Below, piece by piece: positions 37,436 through 48,962 of a DNA stretch of 64,000 nucleotides (positions are counted from its first letter, which is position 1; every line of letters starts with the position of its first letter). The stretch is from Octopus vulgaris. Its lineage: Eukaryota. A program made the translations under genes and the position numbers. The stretch covers positions 26,412,001-26,476,000 of the forward strand of contig OX597839.1 of the NCBI GenBank assembly GCA_951406725.2. The letters are read 5' to 3'. Under the pieces are notes generated by a model. That model did no database searches. It saw nothing but the letters and a program-made list of their open reading frames with translations, and was not told the DNA's origin.

Positions 37436-39799
37436 TGTGTGTGTATATATATATATACACACACACACAGGAGAACCTGCCAGTATTGATACTGAGCCTA
37501 GTCACAATAGCCTCAGTTCCAGTAATATACCTGATGATGGCAAGGGAAGGATTACAGTCTTCCTAGGTCTTATGGAGGATGCTGGAAAAAGATCACATGT
37601 ACAGGAGCTGCTCAAAGGCAGACCACCACTAAGCTAGACTCTACAAAAAGGATTGGCTAATTCTTCAGTTTAATGTTAAATTGATTTTAACAAAAAAAAA
37701 AAAAAAACAACCTTTTACCCTTTACTGTGGCCATGCTGGGGTATCTCAGTTCTTATTTTTTGTAAAGCCTTGTACATATTCTATCAGTCTCTTTTGCCAA
37801 ACCACAAAGTTATGTGGATGTAAACAGAACACCAATTGTCAAGCAGTGGTGGGGGACAAACACACAGCAGACTTACAGGGCTTTGGTTGGCCTGAGACTA
37901 TTGCAGAAGATACCAGCCCAAGGTGCCACGCAGTGGGACTGAACCCAGAACCAAGTGGTTAAGGCGCCAACTTCTTATCACATAGCCACACTTATGCCTA
38001 TACACACACACACACACACATACATGTGATGGGCTTTGATATAGTTTTCCATCTTCCAATGTCACTCACAAGACATTGGTCAGCATGGGGCTACAGCAGG
38101 AAGCACATGGTAAAGGTGCTGTGAAGTGTGATTGAAACTGAAACCCTGAGGTTCCAATGAGAACTTCTTAACAAGTCATGCCAATGCCTGCACACACACA
38201 CGTGTGTGTATGTATGCGTATATATGTGTGTATATATATGTGTGTATATATGTGTGTGTGTGTGTGTACAAAATACTGTCTTTGTTCTTTAGTTTGTTTT
38301 AGCAATCACTTCCCAAGTTCATGCTGGAGCAGTGGTTTCATGTGGAGTGTATGTGTAGGTTTTCATATGTCTAGGTGTGTGTGTGTGTGTGTTTGTGAAG
38401 AGAGAACATCGGTATGGTTGTGTGGTCTAGAAGTTTGCTTTGCAGCCAAGTGGTTCCTGGTTCAATCACACTCCACAGCGCCTTAGGCAGTAATCAAGCT
38501 ATTGCAACAAACCAGTTCCAAATAAGAGACACAGAAAACCCTAAGCTCTTCCACAAAAGCTTCCTCAACTAGGCCTTCTAACAAACATCTTATACTAACG
38601 ACAGCCACACACTCCCATAGGAATTATTCTATCGTAGAAAGACAACAAAACACTGAAGTGAATGTGCAAGAACAAAGTTTCTTCCAGACATATATAAAAC
38701 GATGAATCCCTGCAGAGTGAATGCTAATCTTCAACGACGGACAGAGATACTGCCAAAGTCATCACCACTAGAGGGCACTGAATGTCCTATGAGTTTTAAT
38801 GAAATCAAACAGCATGTGCAGCACCAACAAATCTATCTTCTAAAATTATTTCCTTTAAACCTTTTAGCATTTAAACCGGCCATATCCGGCCAAAAGTATT
38901 CTGCCTGTTTTATAAAAATAATAATAATAATAAACATTGTGTATAGTGCTCAGGTGCACTACAACTCATCTAAAGTGCATATATAATCAGGTGTAGTTTC
39001 GACGGATTTCGGAAAGCATGAGGGCCTTAAAGGATGCAGTGTCATGGCAGTCAAACTGGCCAGATCTGGTCTCTCACACTAACCCTACAATATCGTTTTA
39101 AAAATTAACAGCTACCTCATCAAGATCTCATAGCTACAAGATAATGCATGATTAGTTCAAGACAATGTGGATGAAAAAGCGCTAATTTTGTCAGAATAAT
39201 GCGAACACTAAAGGGTTAATTATGGTCATGTATAAACGTTTAGTGATAGCGAGATCTTCACAAAGCACACACACATGCACACAAGGCATAAAGTTAAAGG
39301 CTATTTATGCATTTTATACCAGCTTACATGTGTTTCTGATAAGTTTGGAGAATCACAGTTCCCTAATGCAATAATCACACTTCTTAATTGCTCGACTTGA
39401 TATATTAAGTATTTTTTCACAAACTTATACTTGGACTTTTATCTAACATCAGACCCTTGTGTGTCTGTGAAGCTTTTGTTGTGTTTAGAGGGATTGATTA
39501 AATTAGGTTGAAATAAAATACTGTTTTACTCCACCTTGGCTATTTTCTCCAAGTTTTGCAAGTATGTGCTCATATATATAATCACACTACAGCTGTTTCA
39601 AAAAGGCTGTAGTGTGATCATTTATATAAATAAATGTGTATTTACCTACTTTATGCAACACATATTGAGAAAATGTCTATTTTATTCTTATTAGCAACAT
39701 ATATATATATCATGTGATTGACCAGGCTATCAGAATGCACTTTGCATTGTTTTAGCCTTCAAATGATGCCACCCCGCTGGCTAAGCGAGCAGGCCAAAC

Positions 39800-40155
39800 A
39801 TTATAGTCGATTTTGATATAATCATAATTGTTAAGTTCTATGTTTCTAGTTTGATAATAGAGTTTATTATAAGTAAAATTATTATATTATTTATATCTTA
39901 AAAATATTTAAATATTTCTGATTATATTTTAGATATTTCAATTACCTGAAGATTGACTGTAACCATAACTCGAATTATTACGAATTGGACAGCCATGAAA
40001 CGATCGTAATGTTTTACTCATTATCTTTTATTAAACTTTTAATACTTTTGATATATATTTAAAATAATATAAATTAATTAATTTTATGTATTGGCTTAAG
40101 TTTATCATTGTTTGATTTGCCTAATAGTGGTTTTATCTCTAATTTAATATAATAT
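39800..40155 (+). mobile_element. AT-rich relic related to the 15815-16141 family, with degenerate hammerhead (39946-40008)
   Basis: CTGAAGA...long stem II (tgactgt/acagcca)...GAAAC GATC GTA. The 3' end aatagtggttttatctctaat matches aatagtggttttgtctctaat at 16110-16130. Confidence 0.5.
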
Positions 40156-41721
40156 ATATATATATATATACACACACATAGATGATATGGATGTGTGTGA
40201 GTGAAGGATAGATATGGTTCTTGTGTGTACAATATTAGGCAATTAATTTTCAGATTTTTTTAATGTGTTCATTATATGTTTCCTATCCAGTGGTAAATTC
40301 TACATTTGAATAATAAATATATGGAAATATTAAATTGTAAATGTGTGAATTAACAATTTTCTTTAAGAGAGAGACAGAGTGCTAGTAACTGCAGAAAAAC
40401 CCCCCCAAAAAAACACGAGAAATAAATCGAATAAAAAAAAATGGAATCAATACACAAAAAAAGTCTTAACAGGTTTCAATATGATAGAGAAAGTGAACTG
40501 TGTTAATCCTTTGGTATTTGAACTAGCCATATCCAACCCAGATATTCTATCTTGTTTTATGTTCTAACTGGCCACATCCAGCTTTTCACACCAAGCCTAC
40601 AATTTCATTCCACCAAAAAAAAGAAAAAAAAGAAAAGAAAACTACCACACCATCAAAATTTCAGGGCTATGAGATAATGCAAGAGGATAATCTAAATGAG
40701 AAAGGGTTAGAATAATAAGGTGTTAGAAATCTAACGAACTTTAAAATCTATGGTTTGCTAACATTAAAAACAAAATAATGGAACCTAATTTCATCTGGTA
40801 GTAATCCAGATTCAGTAGATATCTCACAGATTTTGCCCACCATTCTGCACTAGGTAAATTAATTAGGATTTCTAAAAAAAGATGAAGATGATTGAAAATT
40901 TTTTTTTTTTTTTTACTTTTCTCTTTCTTCTTGTTCAATTTTTTGCATCAACTTTCTTCGTCTCTCAGTTTTTACTCATAAACCAGTGTCCTGGTTTTTA
41001 AATACATCTAACATTATCAACTGAGCTTGAAAGATTGCTTGGAGATATATATGGCATCTTATATAAATCTGCCAAATTATTGTATCCTAAAGCATGGAAC
41101 TATTCGTAGTTCTTTTGTAAAAAGTGTGTACTAAATGTTTATCACTCATAGGATGGATCACTTATCTGTTGGTCCTGTCTATAGAACAACTGTAAACTAT
41201 ATATATATTCTTTTATTCTTTCATTTGTTTCAGTCATTTGACAGTGGCCATGCTGGAGCACCATCTTTAGCCAAAGAAATCGACCCCAGGACCTATTCTT
41301 TGTAAGACTAGTACTTATTCTATCAGTCTCTTTTGCTGAACTGCTAAGTTACAGGGATGTAAACACACAAACATTAGTTGTCAAGTGATGGTGGGGGGGA
41401 CAAACACACACACACACACATATCTATACGATGGGCATCTTTCAGTTTCTGTCAACCAAATCCACTCACAAGGCTTTGGTTGACCGAAGTCTATAGTAGA
41501 AGACACTTGCCCAAGGTGCCACACAGTGGGACTGAACCCAGAACCATGTGGTTGGGATGCAAGCTTCTTACCACACAGCCACTCTTGTGCCTATATGTAT
41601 GTACAAAATAACAAAATCCAGAATCGTTAGTTTGACAAAGGTGTATTTTGTTTTCCCTATAGCTCTTTGAGAACTAAACGTGGATTAGATATTTTATTCA
41701 CTGTCAGACTTTATTCTAAGT

Positions 41722-41975
41722 CAGTGGTTCCCAAACGTTTTTGGGATGCTGCTCCCTTGACACCCAGGCTATATTCCTAGCGCTCAAACCCCAACTATCA
41801 CAAACATAGACCTCTTTCTAAAGCAAATTCAAAGCAACTGCATTTCACAAATAAAACTTAACCTCATGAACCCATTATTTTATTTGTTTCTACATGAATC
41901 ACTAACCCCATTATCGACCCTTTTTTCTTCATTGCCCCCCTTGGAACTTTCCACTGCCCACTTAGAGAACTACTG
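41722..41975. mobile_element. hAT-type MITE, same family as 5441-5721
   Basis: TIRs and near-perfect 8-bp TSD. Confidence 0.75.
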
Positions 41976-42159
41976 TTCTAATTGGTCAGAAATAGCCTTA
42001 TTTGACCTTCTCACCTACTGGAATGAATGAATGAATAACGTGTGTGCATGGGTGGGGTCTCTTGTAATTACTTGGATTCTTCCTCTGGGGAAGGAGCTGG
42101 TGTCTACCAAACATACAAAGCTCCATCGTTGGAACGTAGATAACAAAATCAAAGTCCTC

Positions 42160-42385
42160 AATCGAAGGAGAGGTGCTTTGATCCGTCCGGGTTGCGGATC
42201 CGTGGAATAAGCTGCCGGACGAGATGGTGAAGATGCCGACGACCGCTTGGTTCAAAGTCTCCCTTGACCACAAGTGGCCTGAACTCTTTACATGAACACC
42301 ACCCTGAACATAACTCCATGTCCCCCTACATGGCCTTGCTTTTTTTGCTTTTTGAGCCAAAAAATTAACTAACTAACTAACTAAA
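42160..42385 (+). mobile_element. CR1-type LINE extreme 3' fragment
   Basis: Same 3' end as the 48072 and 52625 copies, (TAAC)n tail. Confidence 0.8.
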
Positions 42386-45031
42386 CTTGAGACAAGTCTT
42401 GCATATTTTTACTGTCCCACTTACAAATGGTATGCGTGTGCATATGTGTACACACATGCAAATATCTGTTTACAGCAAAACATTAACCCTTTGCTACCAA
42501 CTAGATTAATCCTCCTAAATCTAGTCTTCACCCCCACCTAGCAGTGAACTAGAGTTACAAAAGACACCAATAAATGTTTGAAATCCTTTGATTCTTTTTC
42601 AATGAGTTGACAAATGGCAACAGCCTTACATTTTGCTGGAGTGGAGAAAAGACAGTTTAGCGAATATTCTCTTAAAAACATTATCAAATAGTTTCCATAA
42701 CAATCATTTTGTTGGCAGTTTTTCAGTGAAGAAGAAATAGGTGAGGACTTTGCTTTTGGTATGCTACCATAGTTTCTTTTCTCTTTTATTATTATTATTT
42801 TTTTAAAAAAATTTTCACATGGAACAAACTACAACAATGGCAACTTATAGATCTGAAAATGGTGTTGGCTGCTTCCACCAAGAAACTAAAAAAATCGGAC
42901 ATTCATGAGGAATACAGAAATACATGTAGATATATAGAAAGATAGGAAAAGAAACTGATGGAAGAATTTTCTGATCGTATTTCTTACACCCCAAAAAAAA
43001 AAAAAAAAAAAAAAAAAAGCAGTGAAAATATTTTAATGAAATCATCTTAGAATAACTTTATGAATTAAGTCTTCAGTAAAACGTTTTCTAACACACACAA
43101 GATTTACAAGCAGGAAGTATAAACTACTTTTAGTATGATTCTAATTCTTGCAAGATCTACTTTTTACATCCTAAGTCTCTATTTTACTAACTCATCCAGA
43201 GGTGATTTCCTAATGGCAGGGGAGATAACTACGTGGCTGCTCAGTTTGTTAAATAGCAAGCAAATCTTCCTCAAATTTACAAATTACCATTAAAAAAAAA
43301 CAGTCCCAGACATCATATATCTTAAAAGGTGAGGTGGTCATAACAGAAATACTTTCAATGTTACGGTCTGCCTGGTTAGCACAGACCTGGGGCTAAATAA
43401 CAGCCAGCATTGGTCATTTTCTTACATGCTGCATCTAAAACTAAAAGCTGGCATGTTAACCCTTTCGTTACCAACCCAGCTGAAACCGGCCCTGGCTCTG
43501 AGTACAAATGTCATGTTTTCATAAGTTCTGAATTAAAATCTTCCACCAAACCTAAGTCACAATTTATGTTCCTAACACTAGCTGAATGATAACTAAGTTA
43601 TTTTACTAAATTCTTTGTTATATTTAAAGTAATTGGAAGAAACACAGAGCATCTTAAGAGAAATACAGTAACAAAAGGGTTAATGCTATGGCAGAAAGAT
43701 ACAAAGGGTGGCTAACAGCATCAACAGATAGGGGCTGTTTCACTAAAATTTAAGGACCAGTTTTCCTGTAATGACCCATGCTTAACCCCTTTAGCATTCC
43801 AATTATCCAGTGAAATGTAATTCTTAATTATTCACATTGCTTTGAATTAATCAGGTATTAGCTCCAAGATCTTCACAATGTGATTGTTTATTTCTAGAAT
43901 GACATTGCATTGAATGTGTGAAAGGCCAGATCTGGCAGATTTGAATGTGAAATAGATGGGATAATTCAATCCTTTCGCATTCGGGTTACTCTGTCAATTA
44001 TAATGCTTACATCTATTCACATGGTTTTGAATTAATCATGCAATCATCTTGTAGCTTCTGAGATTTTGATGATTGTTTATTTTTAGAATGGCATTGTAGG
44101 GTAGGTGTGAGAGGCCAGATTTAGCCAGTCTGAACATAAAACAGGTAGATTACTGTCAAATGTAAGGCTTACATCGAATCACATTGTTTTGAATTAATCC
44201 TTCGTGATTCATAGCTTTGAGATTTTCCCGATGTGATTGTCTATTTTTAGAATGACATTGTAGGGTAGGTGTGAGAGGCTGGATCTAGCCAGTCTGAACA
44301 TAAAACAGGTAGATTACTGTCAAATGTAAGGCTTACATCGAATCACATTGTTTTGAATTAATCCTTCGTGATCTCATAGCTTTGAGATTTTCCCGATGTG
44401 ATTGTCTATTTTTAGAATGACATTGTAGGGTAGGTGTGAGAAGTCACATCTAGCTAGTTTGAAAGAAAAACAGCTAAACTATTTGGGCCGGATAAGGCCG
44501 GTTCAAATGCTAAAGGGTTAAACACCAGACAACACCAAACATCTTCTAACTTTGTGTCATCATCGCTGGTGTTTCATATATTTCCTGTGTTAGCACCATG
44601 GGTTGTTGAAGTAATGATGATCAGAACCAACTGTTATCATCATCATCATCATCAGCGACAAGTGTTTTAAAGTATTCTTAATTACTTTTAATTAAATTGA
44701 GATGTGGCAAACTGCTGAGAGAGGGGTGGAGAAGCCCTTGCCAAAAGTAATCTAACTTTTAAATTTAAAATCAATAATGAAAGAAAAAAATAAACAAAAA
44801 TTAATTATTCTAAATTTAAAATCAATATCCATTAATGATAACATTGAGTAAATTCATTCTTGGTGAACTTTAAACTATCTTTCACTGATTCTTTGATTTT
44901 CAAAGAAAGCAGAACACTTAATAATAATAATAAAAAAAATAAAATGGTTTCCCCCCCATTAGGAATTGTTTGTTTGGCGTAACAGCACTTTGACCAATTA
45001 ATTTATTGGAGGAGGAATTTATTGGATTGAT

Positions 45032-45036
<5 letters not shown>

Positions 45037-45082
<46 letters not shown>
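45037..45082. repeat. (AG)n microsatellite
   Basis: Direct inspection. Confidence 0.95.
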
Positions 45083-45084
<2 letters not shown>

Positions 45085-45204
45085 ATTGATTAAGTATAAA
45101 AGTTAATTAAACAGAATAAAATGTACATTCACAATTCAAGAGAGAGAAAGAGATTTATAAAGAAAGTTTATATGTACAACTAAGACTAAACCATTTATTA
45201 TAAC

Positions 45205-45235
<31 letters not shown>

Positions 45236-45485
45236 TGGAATTATGGTCTATAAATGACAGTTCAAATACAATTGCTAGCTTGCTTTTAAGAGCATGTGAT
45301 CTGAATGGAGACGAGGCATCAGACTTATCTCTTCTACCCACTTAAATGAAATACAGATCAGAGGATTAAGAGAAGACTCAAGTAACATTAGCTGGAATAT
45401 CAATAACATGCCTAGCTTAGAAATAGTGTAACAACCAAATTAGTAACAGCTGCATTCAATATATATATATGATTGGGTTTTGTTG

Positions 45486-45697
45486 GTGCAGGCATCCCCC
45501 TGGTGTAACGGAAAAGTTGGGATTCTGAGGAAATCCTACTTGGGAGTAATATGCAATTCTGCAGTACAAAAACAACTTTTACGCCGACTTCGAAACTACG
45601 ACATGGAAGTCAACAAAAAAGTATGCTTTGCATTGCAGAATTCCGAAGTTTATTGGCAAGATTTTCCAAGAATGCAATGTGGGGGGGATGCCTGCAC
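45486..45697. other. Unique-sequence multi-helix hairpin (candidate structured RNA or pre-miRNA)
   Basis: Nested helices: 45486-500/45683-697 (15 bp, perfect), ggaaaa/ttttcc, cttg/caag, 45555-570/45627-642, actttt/aaaagt, gacttc/gaagtc. Confidence 0.5.
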
Positions 45698-46564
45698 GTG
45701 GAAGGGTAAGTGTATTTATGTAATTGTATGGATATATGTATGCATGAGTGTATATATAGATTATATATGAGTATGTATGTATGTACCTGAGTCTGTGTGT
45801 TGTGTGTGAGTGTGTGTGTGTGTGTGCGTGCGGCTAAAACACAACTCAGGAGGTATACAAACAATAAGCATAAAATATTCTTGCCAACCTGTGTAAAGTG
45901 TCAGGTTGGGTTTTCACCTGCCCACAGCTCTGGTTTAACCTGCAGATTACACAGGAAAATTATCCATCACTGTACAATTCAATATCAAGACAATTATAAC
46001 AACAAACACGCAAAAATAGATATAAATGTATATATATATATAATTTTTTTTTCCAAAAGAAGAAAAAAACAAACACAATTACTGAGATGAAAGTAGGACT
46101 CTAAAGCATTAATTTCATAAATAACTGACATATACATATATATATATACACACACATATATATATATGCACATGTGTGTGTATATATATGCATATATATA
46201 TATGTGTATATATATATACATAGTTGCATATATATATGTGTGTGGGTATATATGCATATATGTATGTATATACACACACATGCATACACATATGTATTTT
46301 CCTACTAATCAAATAATCTTTTAGTATATAAATTACGTCAAGGAACAGAAAACAAAATAATCAAATTCTTCACCTCGTTAACTTTTTTTTTAAAATAATG
46401 ACACTAAAAAAAAACAAAAACAACAACACATTGCAAGTTATTTTCAACTTGTCTTTTGCCGTTACAGAAAATGAAAATAAAATAAGAATATTTCATTCTT
46501 TACAACTTGTCTCATTCGAGGAAGAAGAAATTAAAATGTTTAATTTACTACGTTACTAAATTGA

Positions 46565-46582
46565 ATAATAATAATAATAATC

Positions 46583-46617
<35 letters not shown>

Positions 46618-46656
46618 AAACATCAACAAGAAATAACAGTGATAATGATGATAATA

Positions 46657-46708
<52 letters not shown>
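46565..46708. repeat. (AAT)n microsatellite cluster (also 17058-17119, 29090-29135, 45207-45235)
   Basis: Direct inspection. Confidence 0.9.
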
Positions 46709-46709
<1 letters not shown>

Positions 46710-48071
46710 GTTAATCTAGATGGAGATATTTTGCCAATATATATGAAATTTTAAAATCGATGAGTACTTTCTTAATGTTTTAAAGGAAGGTAATTATGCA
46801 GGATATAGTTTGGGATTTTCAATAATGCTTTGATAAGATGTTATTAGCGGAATCTATTTTGGCAAGTTTTGTAAGTTGTTGCTATACAAACGACTCTAGT
46901 CTTGAAAGTAAACAGCAAATTAAAAATTGAATATCAAAAAATATAGATGTTTTTAGATAGCTTAGCTGCAGGAACTGGTATTGCAGTAAAAATAACTATG
47001 GCACAGAAGGAGGGTTAAAAGGTTGTTGAAAAATATTATGGGATAGCAGACAGGTATTAAAGAAGTTGAGGAGTGGTGATAGACAGGTAAGTAGACAGGA
47101 AAGATATTTAGTAATGTTATAGGTATCCCTGTTAGCTGATTTCAATGAGAAATGTTCTCTCAATAAATAAGCAGCTGGCCACACTGGTTAACCCTTTAGC
47201 ATTTAAATTGGCCCTATCCAGCCCAAATACTCCTCTTATTTTATGTTCGAATCAGCCAGATCCAGCCTCTTACACTTACCCTACAATTTCATTTTAAAAG
47301 TAAACAATCACACTGTTGAATTCTTAAAGCTAAGAGATGCTGAATGAATAAATATTACATTTGATAGAGTAATCTGAATGAATGCTAAAGCGTTTACCAT
47401 TCAGCATTAAGACTGCCAGATCTGGCCTCTCACACCTATCCTACACTATCATTCTAAAAATAAACAATCACATCGTTGAAATCTTGAAGCTAAGAGATAA
47501 TGCATAATTAAAAGAAATCTGAATGCTAAAGGGTCAATATTAACAATATTACTATGGCAACACACTAAGATATTCAACAAAAATTATTTTCCCTTTAAAT
47601 TGTTGAAGAAGTTTACTGAGGCCTCATTTAACGAGGCAAATATAAAAGAAATTATTAAGAGCATTTACATAATTAGAAATAGCAGGAATAAGAATTAATT
47701 ACATATGTATGTATCTATGTATATGTATGCGTGTGTGTGTGATCTACTTAAGAAATAATCGCAATTATTGATTCATTATCATTATTATTCATATTTCAAA
47801 TTTCATTCTTTATCCAACAACTTGTCTCTCAAACGAGGAAGAAATTAGAATATATAATTACTCAGTGCTGACTACTGATAGTTGGAACAGTCGTTTGTGT
47901 AATAATCAATACAATATGAAGAATAAAGAAGACTAGAGTGGGGTGGGTTGAGGCACTGATTGTCAGTATCCAATGAAGATTGGTAAGAAGCTCTCAAGAG
48001 AACTGAACGGCAGAAGGTTTCCAGAAAAGAACCAGCCACCCACCCAGGCTAGTGTTTCAGCCCTTAACCTC

Positions 48072-48520
48072 AAGCTGGCTACCCGCATGGTTCTTGGTCT
48101 CAAGCATTTGTCTTATGAAGAAAGGCTGAGGACGCTCAATCTTTATTCTCTAGAAAAACGCCGCCGCCGTGGTGATCTCATTCTCGCTCACAACATCATA
48201 AGCGGAAAGTGTAACCTCTCGAAAGAGCTGTTCTTCACTCCTGCTCCAGAGCGTCGGCTGCGGGGTCACTTCGAAAAGCTCTATCTGCGACGATTTCATC
48301 TCAATCGAAGGGGAGGGGCTTTCTCTGTCCGGGTTGCGGATCCGTGGAATAAGCTGCCGGACGAGATAGTGAAGATGTCGACGACTGCTCGGTTCAAAGT
48401 CTCTCTTGACCAGAAATGGCCTGAACTCTTTGCATGAACACCCTCCCTGTACATAACTCCATGTCTCCCTACATGGCCTTGCTTTTTGCTTTTTGAGCCA
48501 AAAGATTAACTTAACTTAAC
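48072..48520 (+). mobile_element. CR1-type LINE 3' fragment
   Basis: LSYEERLRTLNLYSLEKRRRRGDLI...FSVRVADPWNKLP, (TTAAC)n tail. Confidence 0.88.
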
Positions 48521-48931
48521 ATTCTCAAGGGGCTGGGCTTGGCTGCATCCAGGCTATGACTCCTAGGTGCCCTTTTGCTGACATTTTTTTTAGCCACTTG
48601 GATATCGGGAGACTTGGAGATTTCATCTAGGTGGGATTCTGCTCTGTTGGCTCTCCATTCAAACTTATACATTCGGGGTTGGAGCTTATGAGAAATCTAA
48701 AGATAAGTTTGTTTTCTTTTTGCAACAGAAATTATAATTACAAACAGTAAATGGGGCAGGGAAGCTATGAAAAGTTGTGTGCAATTTATAGAAGAAAAAC
48801 GATGGTAACTGCCAACAAAAGACATCAAAATCAACAACAAGAATCTCATCTCAACACACCAAAGAGTTGAAGCTTTGTAAATTGATGCAGATTGTAGCAA
48901 TTCTGAACAAGATGCAATACTGAAGCATTTC

Positions 48932-48962
<31 letters not shown>

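Noticed and set aside
40900-41100. Minus-strand ERRRKLMQKIEQEEREK peptide as a possible upstream NCoR exon
   Set aside because: In-frame stops on both sides, no convincing splice sites, and no match to the conserved NCoR sequence.
44090-44460. ~130-bp tandem duplication
   Set aside because: An internal duplication inside a piggyBac-type MITE. Ordinary, as are those near 23510-23730 and 62450-62620.
45525-45614. CTGAGGA...GAAAC...GTC inside the 45.5-kb hairpin read as a hammerhead
   Set aside because: No stem II closes between the two core motifs, and the bases are committed to other helices.
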